Translations under genes and position numbers: made by a program | Shown here: piece after piece, positions 1 to 8,008 of the stretch | Layout of the letters: each line of letters opens with the position of its first letter | How positions within the stretch are numbered: position 1 is the first letter of the stretch | IMG/VR virus record: IMGVR_UViG_3300032247_000350 | Coordinates: 1 to 24,578 of that record | Source of the DNA: a virus | Lineage: Duplodnaviria > Caudoviricetes | Direction: 5' to 3' (one strand) | DNA: 24,578 nt | Notes under the pieces: generated by a model | Told to the model about the DNA's origin: nothing | Database searches by the model: none | What the model saw: only the letters and a program-made list of their open reading frames with translations

Positions 1-101
1 GAATCTTGGTTCGGGACTTGGCCACTATCGTAAGGGCGTGTGGTTACGCACCCGCAAAGAAAGCTAACGGCGATGAATCCAAGAATCCACTTCTGAATCA
101 C
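1..101 (-). CDS. Lipoprotein, probable o-spanin (runs off window edge)
   Basis: My translation from GTG at 101: MIQKWILGFIAVSFLCGCVTTRPYDSGQVPNQD... Short signal peptide with lipobox-like LCGC. Start lies inside the 3' end of the preceding TM-anchored ORF, as in Rz/Rz1 pairs. Not in ORF track. Confidence 0.6.
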   Translation of the reverse strand, partial: MIQKWILGFIAVSFLCGCVTTRPYDSGQVPNQD

Positions 102-225
102 GGAGACGGCGGTTGTAAGCAATCTGGTCATCGTCTCGCTCTTGTCTTGTCTTTGCTCTGTTCTTCAACCACCAAGTCAAAATCCCAACCACACCAGCGA
201 AGATGCCGAGGGTTGCTTCCCACAT
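64..225 (-). CDS. Small N-terminally anchored membrane protein, probable i-spanin
   Basis: My translation: MWEATLGIFAGVVGILTWWLKNRAKTRQERDDDQIAYNRRLRDSEVDSWIHRR (53 aa). One N-terminal TM helix then a charged helical tail; overlaps the lipoprotein ORF. Confidence 0.55.
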   Translation of the reverse strand: MWEATLGIFAGVVGILTWWLKNRAKTRQERDDDQIAYNRRLRDSEVDSWIHRR

Positions 226-228
226 CTT

Positions 229-399
229 TTATTTCCGTGAGAACTTGGCGAGAAAATCTACAATCTTTTGGAGCGTGGCCTCCGGCTCGTCACCGGGGAA
301 CAAAGAAGCAACTGCGATGGCCGCTGTCAGGAGGGCGGTCAATGCTCCAAGCCAAGCAAATAAATCTTGCGTCTGAACAAAGGATAGGAGTTGGTTCAT
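229..399 (-). CDS. Small membrane protein, holin-like
   Basis: My translation: MNQLLSFVQTQDLFAWLGALTALLTAAIAVASLFPGDEPEATLQKIVDFLAKFSRK (56 aa). Hydrophobic segment and basic C-terminus; TTGACA 13 nt before ATG. Confidence 0.55.
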   Translation of the reverse strand: MNQLLSFVQTQDLFAWLGALTALLTAAIAVASLFPGDEPEATLQKIVDFLAKFSRK

Positions 400-412
400 A
401 AGTTTAAGTTTA

Positions 413-418
413 TGTCAA
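413..418 (-). promoter_or_regulatory. TTGACA element, 13 nt upstream of ATG 399
   Basis: Minus strand TTGACA taaacttaaactt ATG. Confidence 0.6.
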
Positions 419-421
419 AGG

Positions 422-2056
422 CTAATATCCGATAACCGTGATTCGAAATGTAACAGCCGACTGGGTTTTGCCTGAACCAGTTGCATTGACTGCATCTACG
501 TGCACCTGATTTGCAGCGACTACATGCCCAAAAAAAGTTAATCCTTCCGAGACGGCTGATGGTATTCCAAGCATTACAATGTCGTTCACAGCAGCACCAG
601 TCATGGAAACTGTGATAGAGCTGGAAGAATTAGCTGCGACTGTCCCAAAGTTAAGTGAAGTCGTTACTGTGAGTGTTTCAGTCGATTGAGGCAACACTCC
701 ATAGGTTGTCCCGCTTGCAATTAGCCCAACATTGATTAGGCCAGAAACCACATTGATGTTTGCTTGTTGTGCAGTTGGCGTAGTCCCATAAAAACCAACT
801 GGAACATTCTGCACCGCAAGACCTGTATTCCAGCTTAATATTGTATCAAATCCAGTATTGCTTATTAAGTTTCTATTTGAATAATCTATTGAGGACGTAG
901 CAAAAACATCATATAATTGCCTGTTTGTTGCATCAACATTAGCACTTGAATCCTCAACAAAAAGAGCGTTTGCCTCGGATTTGGTATAATATGAATCTCT
1001 TGCACCCGGAACCGTACTTCCAGCTGTAATCAAATCTTTTCTAATTGATACGCTTGATTGATAGACCGTCTTTGGTGTTCCATTTTGAGTAAGCTCAACC
1101 TCAATAGTCGGAGTAATTGTTGTATCGGTAGTATCCGCAAACGCATCCTCGACTTCTGCGGTATTGATTGTGAGAGTGGTCTGACGCATTGGAATAAACT
1201 GAACCCCACTTGCATCTAAACTGAATGAAGTTGTAATATTTGTTAGACCAAGACGGCCAGTAAATCCAATAATATACCCGCCCTTTCCATTTTCCTGAAC
1301 GCTTACGTTTGAGGTGATTGTATTGATACCAGCGGAGATGGATGCCTGAACCGATACAGCAGATTGGAAAAGAGGAATAGCTGTGGTTGAGTTTGCACCA
1401 TAAACTAACGCAAACGAACCTCCACGAGCCAACGGCCCGACCGCAAGCTCCCACGTTTCATTTTTAGTTGAACTTCCAGCTTGTAATTTTGTAAGGGTTA
1501 TTTCGCTAGATGTTGGTGTAGATGTGAATGTATCTGCATAGATAATCGGATTGCGAACAAGTTTAACCACTTGCTGTGCTTGAACATTCGACGCTGGATT
1601 TCTGCGTGTATTTATCAATACAGAACTTGTTGGGAAAAGCGTAAAGGCATCTGGGCTAAACGACATAGCCGTGTTTGGCTGGGTAGCCGTGAGTAGATAA
1701 GAACCATAGGAACCAGAACCATACAAGGCCACCGTAGAAACATTGTTTGAGATGGCGTTATAAACCGAGATGGCAGTTGCGTTGTATGGAATAGCCGATG
1801 ATGTAACTCCATTGATTGCCAGCTTGAAAGAACCATCAGAAGGCGATTGCTCAATACTTCCTATTCCAACTTTTAAGCTTGAATTATTATAACTAATATC
1901 ATCCAGCGATCCGTTGGCCTTCTTTTCAAGTAACCGCAAACGAAGTGTATATGCATCGTTTCTGGTAAGCGTAGGTAATGCCCCGCCAATTACGCTCCCG
2001 CCGTCGATAAGTTGGCCGGAGGATGTGTCGATGTATAGGTCTAGGGTAGAGGCCAT
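422..2056 (-). CDS. Tail tip / tail fibre-like structural protein
   Basis: 544 aa, Ser/Thr/Gly-rich beta-type sequence. Two internal copies of a G(G/D)SFxLxxxxxxxxAIPxxxxAxSV module; last gene of the tail module before lysis genes. Confidence 0.6.
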   Translation of the reverse strand: MASTLDLYIDTSSGQLIDGGSVIGGALPTLTRNDAYTLRLRLLEKKANGSLDDISYNNSSLKVGIGSIEQSPSDGSFKLAINGVTSSAIPYNATAISVYNAISNNVSTVALYGSGSYGSYLLTATQPNTAMSFSPDAFTLFPTSSVLINTRRNPASNVQAQQVVKLVRNPIIYADTFTSTPTSSEITLTKLQAGSSTKNETWELAVGPLARGGSFALVYGANSTTAIPLFQSAVSVQASISAGINTITSNVSVQENGKGGYIIGFTGRLGLTNITTSFSLDASGVQFIPMRQTTLTINTAEVEDAFADTTDTTITPTIEVELTQNGTPKTVYQSSVSIRKDLITAGSTVPGARDSYYTKSEANALFVEDSSANVDATNRQLYDVFATSSIDYSNRNLISNTGFDTILSWNTGLAVQNVPVGFYGTTPTAQQANINVVSGLINVGLIASGTTYGVLPQSTETLTVTTSLNFGTVAANSSSSITVSMTGAAVNDIVMLGIPSAVSEGLTFFGHVVAANQVHVDAVNATGSGKTQSAVTFRITVIGY

Positions 2057-2070
2057 TTAGGGTGAGGAGG

Positions 2071-2076
2071 TGTCAA
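2071..2076 (-). promoter_or_regulatory. TTGACA element, 14 nt upstream of ATG 2056
   Basis: TTGACA cctcctcaccctaa ATG; no Shine-Dalgarno in the spacer. Confidence 0.6.
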
Positions 2077-2078
2077 TT

Positions 2079-3047
2079 TTAGCCAATCGCATAAGCAATC
2101 GTAGATGTTGCATTTGGATAAATTATATCTGTAAAAGTTTCGTTTTCATAAAGATAACCAGTATTAGTTGCCGACGGCAAAAGAGAACCAGCTCCATAAA
2201 CTCCAACAACTCTTGATCCCTTTATTCCATGAGCTTGAACATTTTGTCCAGTTTTTGTTATTTGCGTAAAGCTTGAGTCGCTATAAATCCAACCCAAAAA
2301 AGGAGTTGTCGAAAATCCAACTATGTTTATTCCATCAATACCTCTTGCGGAGCTAGTGGCCGAACCCGGATAAATTATGTCTGTAAAAGTTGAACCATTA
2401 TACACAAAGCCTTTGCTAGAAGCATCTCCGACAATATTAATCCCATCATATCCATAAACCGCCGTAAGAAATGCTCCGGGATAAATTATATCAGAAAAGG
2501 ATGCACCATTATAACTCCACCCCGTCCTTCCTCCTATATCCGAACGCTGGCTAAAACCAACAATAATAGTCCCATAAATATCAGTGGCATAAGTTCTGGA
2601 AGCTCGTCCATCAATTATGTCAGTAAAAGATGATCCATTGTAAATCCACCCTCGTTCAGTTGACCCAACTACTGCATACCCTACAACGGTTGATCCATAT
2701 ATACCCTGCGGAGTTGTTGATACTGCCCCGGGGTAAATTATATCAGTAAAAGATAATCCATCGTAAAGCCAACCACGAACAGCTCCGCTTACGGTTGCAG
2801 TTCCAACTATCTTATATGATGGAGTAATTGTAATTGGCTGTGTTGGCGTAGCCCCACCCGCCACTGGCTGCAAATAACTGACCCGCGTTCCATCATAATG
2901 CGGCTCGACATACATTCCGTTGCCAGCCGTTAGCTTATATTGTCGCAAAAGATCGGCGGCATATTCCGTGCGATTGATGATGCCATTAACCAGATCGGTT
3001 GTAAGCCTTGTCCCGCTGGCCACTTTGGACAAGCGAGGCCGGATCAT
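2079..3047 (-). CDS. Tail-associated beta-propeller repeat protein, putative receptor-binding protein
   Basis: Short N-terminal module and a Pro/Thr linker, then about six ~40-aa repeats GW/F-x-Y-x-G-x-x-F-T-D-I-I-Y-P-G-A-x-x-T...G-I-x-G-x-x-I/V-V-G. Confidence 0.6.
   Translation of the reverse strand: MIRPRLSKVASGTRLTTDLVNGIINRTEYAADLLRQYKLTAGNGMYVEPHYDGTRVSYLQPVAGGATPTQPITITPSYKIVGTATVSGAVRGWLYDGLSFTDIIYPGAVSTTPQGIYGSTVVGYAVVGSTERGWIYNGSSFTDIIDGRASRTYATDIYGTIIVGFSQRSDIGGRTGWSYNGASFSDIIYPGAFLTAVYGYDGINIVGDASSKGFVYNGSTFTDIIYPGSATSSARGIDGINIVGFSTTPFLGWIYSDSSFTQITKTGQNVQAHGIKGSRVVGVYGAGSLLPSATNTGYLYENETFTDIIYPNATSTIAYAIG
2100..2790. repeat. Degenerate ~120-bp coding repeats (propeller blades)
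   Basis: Recurrent plus-strand core like ggataaattatatc(t/a)gtaaaa near 2116, 2368, 2480, 2611 and 2731. Confidence 0.7.
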
Positions 3048-3271
3048 TGTGTAACGGCGTTAATAACCGCACCTTGAGGCGTGAAATTTACGGTAATGTT
3101 GTTTCCAGCTACCGGCTTTTGGCTTTGTGCGACTAAAACTAAATCTTCAATACGATCAATAATGGTATTGATGTAGTCAGACGATATGCCGACACCATTT
3201 GGACTAGTCCTTATTGTGCGTAAAGGCTGACTTTTTCCCGGCAGTTTTGGCGGTGAAGGATTTTCAGCCAT
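3044..3271 (-). CDS. Small tail-tip protein, paralogous to the N-terminus of 2079..3047
   Basis: ISSDYINTIIDRIE...KPVAGNNITVNFTPQGAVIN aligns by eye with LTTDLVNGIINRTE...KLTAGNGMYVEPHYDGTRVS; ATGA overlap with the next gene. Confidence 0.6.
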   Translation of the reverse strand: MAENPSPPKLPGKSQPLRTIRTSPNGVGISSDYINTIIDRIEDLVLVAQSQKPVAGNNITVNFTPQGAVINAVTQ

Positions 3272-3274
3272 AAC

Positions 3275-4096
3275 CTAGAATGAGTAGTTTACATCAGAAA
3301 ATGAGTTTACATTCGCAAAGTTAATAGTTCCATCAGTCTGATAAAATATATCTGTTCCCTTAAAATATTCCGTAAACTGCTCCTCAATTTGATTGAATAA
3401 ACCCCTTCTCTGAAAGCTGATTGCGGATTGAACATATCCAGCATAAATCCACTCATTAGAAGGAGCGTAGTTAATTATTGGAGGTTGAGCTATTCCTCCG
3501 ATTCCCACTGGATTTGCCTTTAAATATGATTGATATTGTGCTGTTGCTATTGCTTGATTTTCTATTACATTTTTTGTTCTGCGATATTCTCTTGCTCTAG
3601 GGTTCGGAGGCATTGTTGTTCCATTGATTGCACTAGGCATAAGCCTTTTGGTTGGAAGAGTTAGGCTTGTGCCCCCAAGATTAAGCGAAATATTTCCACC
3701 TTTTAGTGTATCAAACAGAGAGTCTTGAGTAATATACTTAACAACAATAGCCGCATCAGCACCAAACACTCCAACTCCCGGTTGTCCAACTGTTGTAATA
3801 AATGCTGGTGGCAATCCAGTCGCAAAATCCAAACCTACATAAGTAACAATAAGCTGTGCAAAGCCACCGTCCAAGGGATCGACCCTTGTGGTTTCTACAA
3901 GCATTCTTGGATATGTAGTTGTGCCGGTAAAGCTAGAGTGAGTTGTGTTTCTGTCTGGCTCAATAGTGGAAATATCTTGTATGCGAATTGTGTAAGTTTC
4001 GACTAGCGTTACCAATCCATCCACATCAGTTGAGCTTTGTGTTTTACGCAAAACTTTCCCACCACTTGCCAAAGAGCCAATAAGAATAGAACTCAT
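3275..4096 (-). CDS. Putative distal tail / hub protein
   Basis: 273 aa beta-rich protein directly after the tape measure gene; assignment by position only. Confidence 0.45.
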   Translation of the reverse strand: MSSILIGSLASGGKVLRKTQSSTDVDGLVTLVETYTIRIQDISTIEPDRNTTHSSFTGTTTYPRMLVETTRVDPLDGGFAQLIVTYVGLDFATGLPPAFITTVGQPGVGVFGADAAIVVKYITQDSLFDTLKGGNISLNLGGTSLTLPTKRLMPSAINGTTMPPNPRAREYRRTKNVIENQAIATAQYQSYLKANPVGIGGIAQPPIINYAPSNEWIYAGYVQSAISFQRRGLFNQIEEQFTEYFKGTDIFYQTDGTINFANVNSFSDVNYSF

Positions 4097-4097
4097 A

Positions 4098-5354
4098 TTA
4101 GTATGCTGATTTTAAGATTGGAACTCCAAGCTTATCCTCAATCGTTTTCCTTAACGTCAAAACCGCTTCTTCAATTCCATAAACAGAATTAAAAAGCCTA
4201 TCATTTTCTTGCATTTTGCTTTGCGTTTCGAGTTGTCCTAAAGCAGTAAACTTTTCTTGTGCCGATGGAAATAATTGACCAGTTGCAGTTATGTCTCTAT
4301 TTGTAATTCCAAATTTTTCTAGTGCAGATTTTGCAAGCCCAATATCTGCTTCTTTTCTGTTTTGTTGCACAAGCGAAGATACTCCACGAATCCCAAGAGT
4401 TTCGGTAGCAGAAGTAAGCATATTTAAGAGAGGAGTTGCACCCGCCAATCTGTTTTTATTTATGCTTTCAATTCCTTTTAATAGCTCATCTGTTCCTTGC
4501 TGACGAAGGGCATTAATTCTTTCTTCGTTTTTAATTCGCATCTCATTGATGCGTTCTGTTGCTTGTTTCTCTTGATCTAATTGCTCTTGAATGGCCTTGC
4601 CACGCTCATCAATCTCTTTTCTAGCAACATTGGTTAGTTCCTCAATTTCTAGTGTGTCTAGCTTTCGCAGGTCTGATTCTTGCAACCCTGCCTCTACTGC
4701 CTTGCGTCTTTCTTCTCTATATTTCTCTGTGATAGCAAGATTTTCAGCCGCAAACTTTGATACTTTACCAGCCTCTACTGCCTCAATTTTTTTGTCTAAA
4801 GCTATTCCAGCGGCAAATCTTGCTTGAGCTTGTGCGGTTTTCAATGCCTCAATCCCTGCATTAGCTCTCTCTTGCGAGCCTCCAAAAAATGTATCTGCTA
4901 TTGTTCTTCCGACCTTGCCCATCACATCTGTTTTTTCGCCCATCTTGGAGCGAGCATCTTCCATCGCTCTGCCTAAAGTCTTGACTTGTCCTATTGCTCC
5001 ACTCAAATCAAGACCACCAGCAGAGTCTTGGAATGTCTTTATTGTTCCATTGATTTGCTCGGTGATGGCATTCAGCTTTTCACTCTCTGCAATATAACTT
5101 TTTATTACCTCGACAATGCCAACCACCGCCACGGTTGCACCAATACCCAGATGAAAAGCCCTAGTAAGATTTCCAAAGGAATCGGCTAAAGCAGTTACCG
5201 GCTCTTGTCCAGATCGCAAAATGGATGCAAAACTACGGACAGCGTGTCCAGCCTTTTGAGAAGATATTTTAACGTCATCTAGCCCACTGGTTACCTCATC
5301 GAAACGAGTTCCGCTAGTGTCTGTTAAGAATTTGAATATGACTGGCAGTGGCAT
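4098..5354 (-). CDS. Tape measure protein (short)
   Basis: 418 aa, Ala/Glu/Lys-rich and helical, with a hydrophobic stretch (LGIGATVAVVGIVEVI); downstream of the frameshifting chaperone. Confidence 0.7.
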   Translation of the reverse strand: MPLPVIFKFLTDTSGTRFDEVTSGLDDVKISSQKAGHAVRSFASILRSGQEPVTALADSFGNLTRAFHLGIGATVAVVGIVEVIKSYIAESEKLNAITEQINGTIKTFQDSAGGLDLSGAIGQVKTLGRAMEDARSKMGEKTDVMGKVGRTIADTFFGGSQERANAGIEALKTAQAQARFAAGIALDKKIEAVEAGKVSKFAAENLAITEKYREERRKAVEAGLQESDLRKLDTLEIEELTNVARKEIDERGKAIQEQLDQEKQATERINEMRIKNEERINALRQQGTDELLKGIESINKNRLAGATPLLNMLTSATETLGIRGVSSLVQQNRKEADIGLAKSALEKFGITNRDITATGQLFPSAQEKFTALGQLETQSKMQENDRLFNSVYGIEEAVLTLRKTIEDKLGVPILKSAY

Positions 5355-5356
5355 AA

Positions 5357-6205
5357 CTATCTGAATCTGTTAAGTACACGAATAGCTTTCATAACTCTAT
5401 CTGCCCTAGTTTCAAAGTATTGTGTAATATCTGCCAAAACAGCGGCTACCCCTTTATTTAGGACTTCTTCTATAATTTGAGCGGCTCGCTCTTGGTCTTT
5501 AGATGGCCGTTCTGGTGCAGATTGAACACCCTTAATAGCCCTTCTTGTATCATACTTTCCAGCCCCATTAAAGATTGAATATTCTGTTATATCTTGTCCG
5601 ATGGGTTTAACCTCTCCACCTCCATACGCTAAACCCGAGAATCTTGCTAGAGCGTTTGGCCCGAAGTCTCCCCTACTAAATGGTTTCCCACCAAAAGCAA
5701 CTGCCGCCACGCTCCAAGCCGCACGGATAAATTTGATTGATCGAATCCTTTTCGCAATAAAAGCCTTGTATTTGCCATCCATAAATGGATTTTTCCGTAA
5801 TGACGGCCCAAGTGTTGCGTGAACTCTATTGCGTCTTTTTATTTCCCTTTCTTCAACAGACAAGGCTCCGGGTCTTACTTTGTATTGCTTAACTTTTCTG
5901 AACTTACTTCCTCCTACTGGCAATAATCCAGCAAGTTTTCTTTGCCAATTTATGAGCTTATATTGACCAACATAGGCTGTATTGCCATACCTTTTCTTGC
6001 CGCCATCTTTGGTAAGCGGAAGATTCGATATTTCTGCCCTTAACGCCCCCTTTTCTCCAAATGGAGTAAATCTTGCAGACTCATATGCTATGCTTGCCAT
6101 TTTCTTTTTAGTTTCAGCATCAGCATCTTTTCTGACAACTAGACCATAAATCTTGAGTGCATCTTTTACCGCATCAATGTTGCTAGTGATTCCAGAAGTT
6201 GCCAT
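5357..6205 (-). CDS. Basic virion morphogenesis protein, possibly neck / tail completion
   Basis: 282 aa, very K/R-rich with helical termini, reminiscent of HK97 gp10 / lambda Z-type proteins; weak support. Confidence 0.4.
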   Translation of the reverse strand: MATSGITSNIDAVKDALKIYGLVVRKDADAETKKKMASIAYESARFTPFGEKGALRAEISNLPLTKDGGKKRYGNTAYVGQYKLINWQRKLAGLLPVGGSKFRKVKQYKVRPGALSVEEREIKRRNRVHATLGPSLRKNPFMDGKYKAFIAKRIRSIKFIRAAWSVAAVAFGGKPFSRGDFGPNALARFSGLAYGGGEVKPIGQDITEYSIFNGAGKYDTRRAIKGVQSAPERPSKDQERAAQIIEEVLNKGVAAVLADITQYFETRADRVMKAIRVLNRFR

Positions 6206-6218
6206 AATGTTGCTTTTA

Positions 6219-6224
6219 TGTTAA
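6219..6224 (-). promoter_or_regulatory. TTAACA variant of the element, 13 nt upstream of ATG 6205
   Basis: TTAACA taaaagcaacatt ATG; overlaps the stop codon of the frameshift product. Confidence 0.4.
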
Positions 6225-6804
6225 GCATCTACGCCAAGAAATTTTGCTATCTCTTGAACATTCTGTGCCTTTACTTTCCCAGCCCTTCTTACATTAACCC
6301 CAGAAGCCCACATATAAGTGTGACTTGCTTGGTTTAACATAGCCAATGATATTCCCCACATAATATATTCAATGCTCCACCCGGTTCTCTCTGCCAGCGT
6401 AAATACCGTTACTGCAATTCCCGCTGGCGTTAGACTTTTCCCGATGAAAACCCATTCTTAATTGGCTCAACTATTCCTTTTGATGCCTCCTCAAGAATAG
6501 AGCCAACAAGTGCTGTGGCTTGTTCTCGTTGAACTTCTGTTTTTGTGTCTGCCCATTCAAGAACCTTATTCCTAAATGCCTCCTTATCCCAAGCCAATTT
6601 AATAGTTTCTTTTCTATTTTTGGCTAGTTCAATATGCAGATACACAAAAGCCCATACAAAGAATAGTGGAACGTCCTCATCTGTCTTTGCTTGTAATAAA
6701 AGGAGCCTACTTCCTTCTGTATATGAGGCGAGTGGTTCTCCATCAAATTCTCTTTCTGGGGATGCAAAAACTGAATTTAGCTCTTCTTCTAGGGATATGC
6801 TCAT
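6221..6804 (-). CDS. Tail assembly chaperone, long (GT-type) form via -1 frameshift
   Basis: Slippery G GGA AAA at 6442..6436. The -1 frame stays open for 71 codons (SLTPAGIAVTVFTLAERTGWSIEYIMWG...FLGVDA) to TAA 6223..6221; fused length 194 aa. Confidence 0.8.
6430..6804 (-). CDS. Tail assembly chaperone, short (G-type) form
   Basis: 124 aa acidic helical protein between tail tube and tape measure genes, ending at a GGGAAAA slippery site. Confidence 0.75.
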   Translation of the reverse strand: MSISLEEELNSVFASPEREFDGEPLASYTEGSRLLLLQAKTDEDVPLFFVWAFVYLHIELAKNRKETIKLAWDKEAFRNKVLEWADTKTEVQREQATALVGSILEEASKGIVEPIKNGFSSGKV

Positions 6805-7175
6805 ATATGCTTTAGGATTGCCTTTCTTTGCTCCAAGGTTGCGTTTTCTGAAACAAGTAGGGTCTGGCCTCCACGTTGTATCACCCTTACTGGAACCGCC
6901 CTTTTAAGAAGCCCTAGAAGAGTTTCTCGGTTTTCCAATGCCGCACGAACATAACGAATTGGGCTTTCTGGGTCGCTTTTCATTTCTGACCAAGGACGTT
7001 CCATTTCTGCTCTTGCTTCTGCCCCAGCACCAGTTTCGAACCAGAACGTAGCTTGAGCAGAGCCGTCGTCTTTAATTACTCTAGTTACCGGGTCTATTGA
7101 TCTTGGTTTTGCTCCGAATGAAGCAACCGCACTGGCAACCTTGATATTTGTTGTTCCCCAAAAAGCTTCGGTCAT
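6801..7175 (-). CDS. Hypothetical protein
   Basis: 124 aa ORF, ATGA-coupled to the chaperone; no motif I can assign. Confidence 0.6.
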   Translation of the reverse strand: MTEAFWGTTNIKVASAVASFGAKPRSIDPVTRVIKDDGSAQATFWFETGAGAEARAEMERPWSEMKSDPESPIRYVRAALENRETLLGLLKRAVPVRVIQRGGQTLLVSENATLEQRKAILKHI

Positions 7176-7211
7176 AAGTTTAGGATTTCAATTAGAGGAT
7201 TAGAACCTCTA

Positions 7212-7559
7212 TTAGCTTACGTTCGGATAGCCAGTGGCCGAGATGTCGAGGGTCACAAAGGCATCGTTAGACTTGTTCAGCGTGATGGAGTCGATGCGAG
7301 TTGTTCCGAGGGTGGTTGCATTTGCCAAAGCCGCAAGAGCCGCCCCTGCGGTTACATTGTAAGCACCAGTAATAGCAACAGAAAGCGAGTAGGAGGTGGT
7401 AGCGTTATAATATCCGACAGCAACAATATCGCCAGAGTTGTTACGGACTTCGTTCTTCTCAACATTACGAGTCTCTGAAAAGCTCTGAACTAAACCAATT
7501 CCAGCCTCAACAACCAAGCCAAAAGAAAGTCCAGTAGTACCAATCGTGACAGCTGGCAT
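7212..7559 (-). CDS. Probable major tail tube protein (very compact)
   Basis: 115 aa beta-strand pattern (VQSFSETRNVEKNEVRNNSG...RIDSITLNKSNDAFVTLDISATGY); upstream of the chaperone and tape measure genes. Confidence 0.6.
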   Translation of the reverse strand: MPAVTIGTTGLSFGLVVEAGIGLVQSFSETRNVEKNEVRNNSGDIVAVGYYNATTSYSLSVAITGAYNVTAGAALAALANATTLGTTRIDSITLNKSNDAFVTLDISATGYPNVS

Positions 7560-7594
7560 TAGATTAAAACCTCGCTAGAAAGTGTGTTTTTCAT
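7559..7594 (-). CDS. 11-aa leader ORF coupled to the tail tube gene
   Basis: AAAGGAG-att-ATG, MKNTLSSEVLI, stop TAA sharing its last A with the tail tube ATG (TAATG). Confidence 0.45.
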   Translation of the reverse strand: MKNTLSSEVLI

Positions 7595-7609
7595 AATCTC
7601 CTTTGCTTG

Positions 7610-7615
7610 TGTCAA
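7610..7615 (-). promoter_or_regulatory. TTGACA element, 15 nt upstream of ATG 7594
   Basis: TTGACA caagcaaaggagatt ATG. Confidence 0.55.
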
Positions 7616-7616
7616 A

Positions 7617-7871
7617 TTATCTATATAGAACCCTTGCTTTTATCAGTTCCCAAATAGTCGAAAATACGGCTCCCGACACAAGGGCAACTAGCCATAATTT
7701 TGTTTTAATAGTGTGAGCGTCCCTTTCTAGTGTGTCCACCTTACTATTGATCTTTCCAGACCATTGAGCTAGTTCGCTAGTATGACGCTCCAAAATGGCA
7801 ATTATATTAGTTTGTCGTTCTTCAATCCGGGCTAATCTCTCCCTCAACTCTGCAACTTGATCGGAACTCAT
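7617..7871 (-). CDS. Coiled-coil protein with C-terminal TM helix (XhlA-like architecture)
   Basis: ELRERLARIEERQ coiled coil, C-terminal LWLVALVSGAVFSTIW hydrophobic segment. Confidence 0.55.
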   Translation of the reverse strand: MSSDQVAELRERLARIEERQTNIIAILERHTSELAQWSGKINSKVDTLERDAHTIKTKLWLVALVSGAVFSTIWELIKARVLYR

Positions 7872-8008
7872 AACTCACAATTCTCTGCCCCCTCGCAGAT
7901 TCTTACGCAATTATTTCCATCCTTATCAATAAATTGCTCAATATATCCCTCGGCTTCTAGCCATTTAAGGGAATGCATAAAATCATCGTAGGTATATTGA
8001 TAGTTCAT
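7868..8008 (-). CDS. Small hypothetical protein (46 aa)
   Basis: My translation MNYQYTYDDFMHSLKWLEAEGYIEQFIDKDGNNCVRICEGAENCEL; ATGA overlaps at both ends. Not in ORF track. Confidence 0.6.
   Translation of the reverse strand: MNYQYTYDDFMHSLKWLEAEGYIEQFIDKDGNNCVRICEGAENCEL

Noticed and set aside
6-401. 131-aa plus-strand ORF
   Set aside because: Antisense shadow of three coherent minus-strand membrane ORFs; no recognisable features.
2100-2790. Regularly spaced repeats as a CRISPR array or DGR template/variable pair
   Set aside because: Repeats are degenerate, in frame and protein-coding; no cas or reverse transcriptase gene in the window and no adenine-specific mismatch pair seen.
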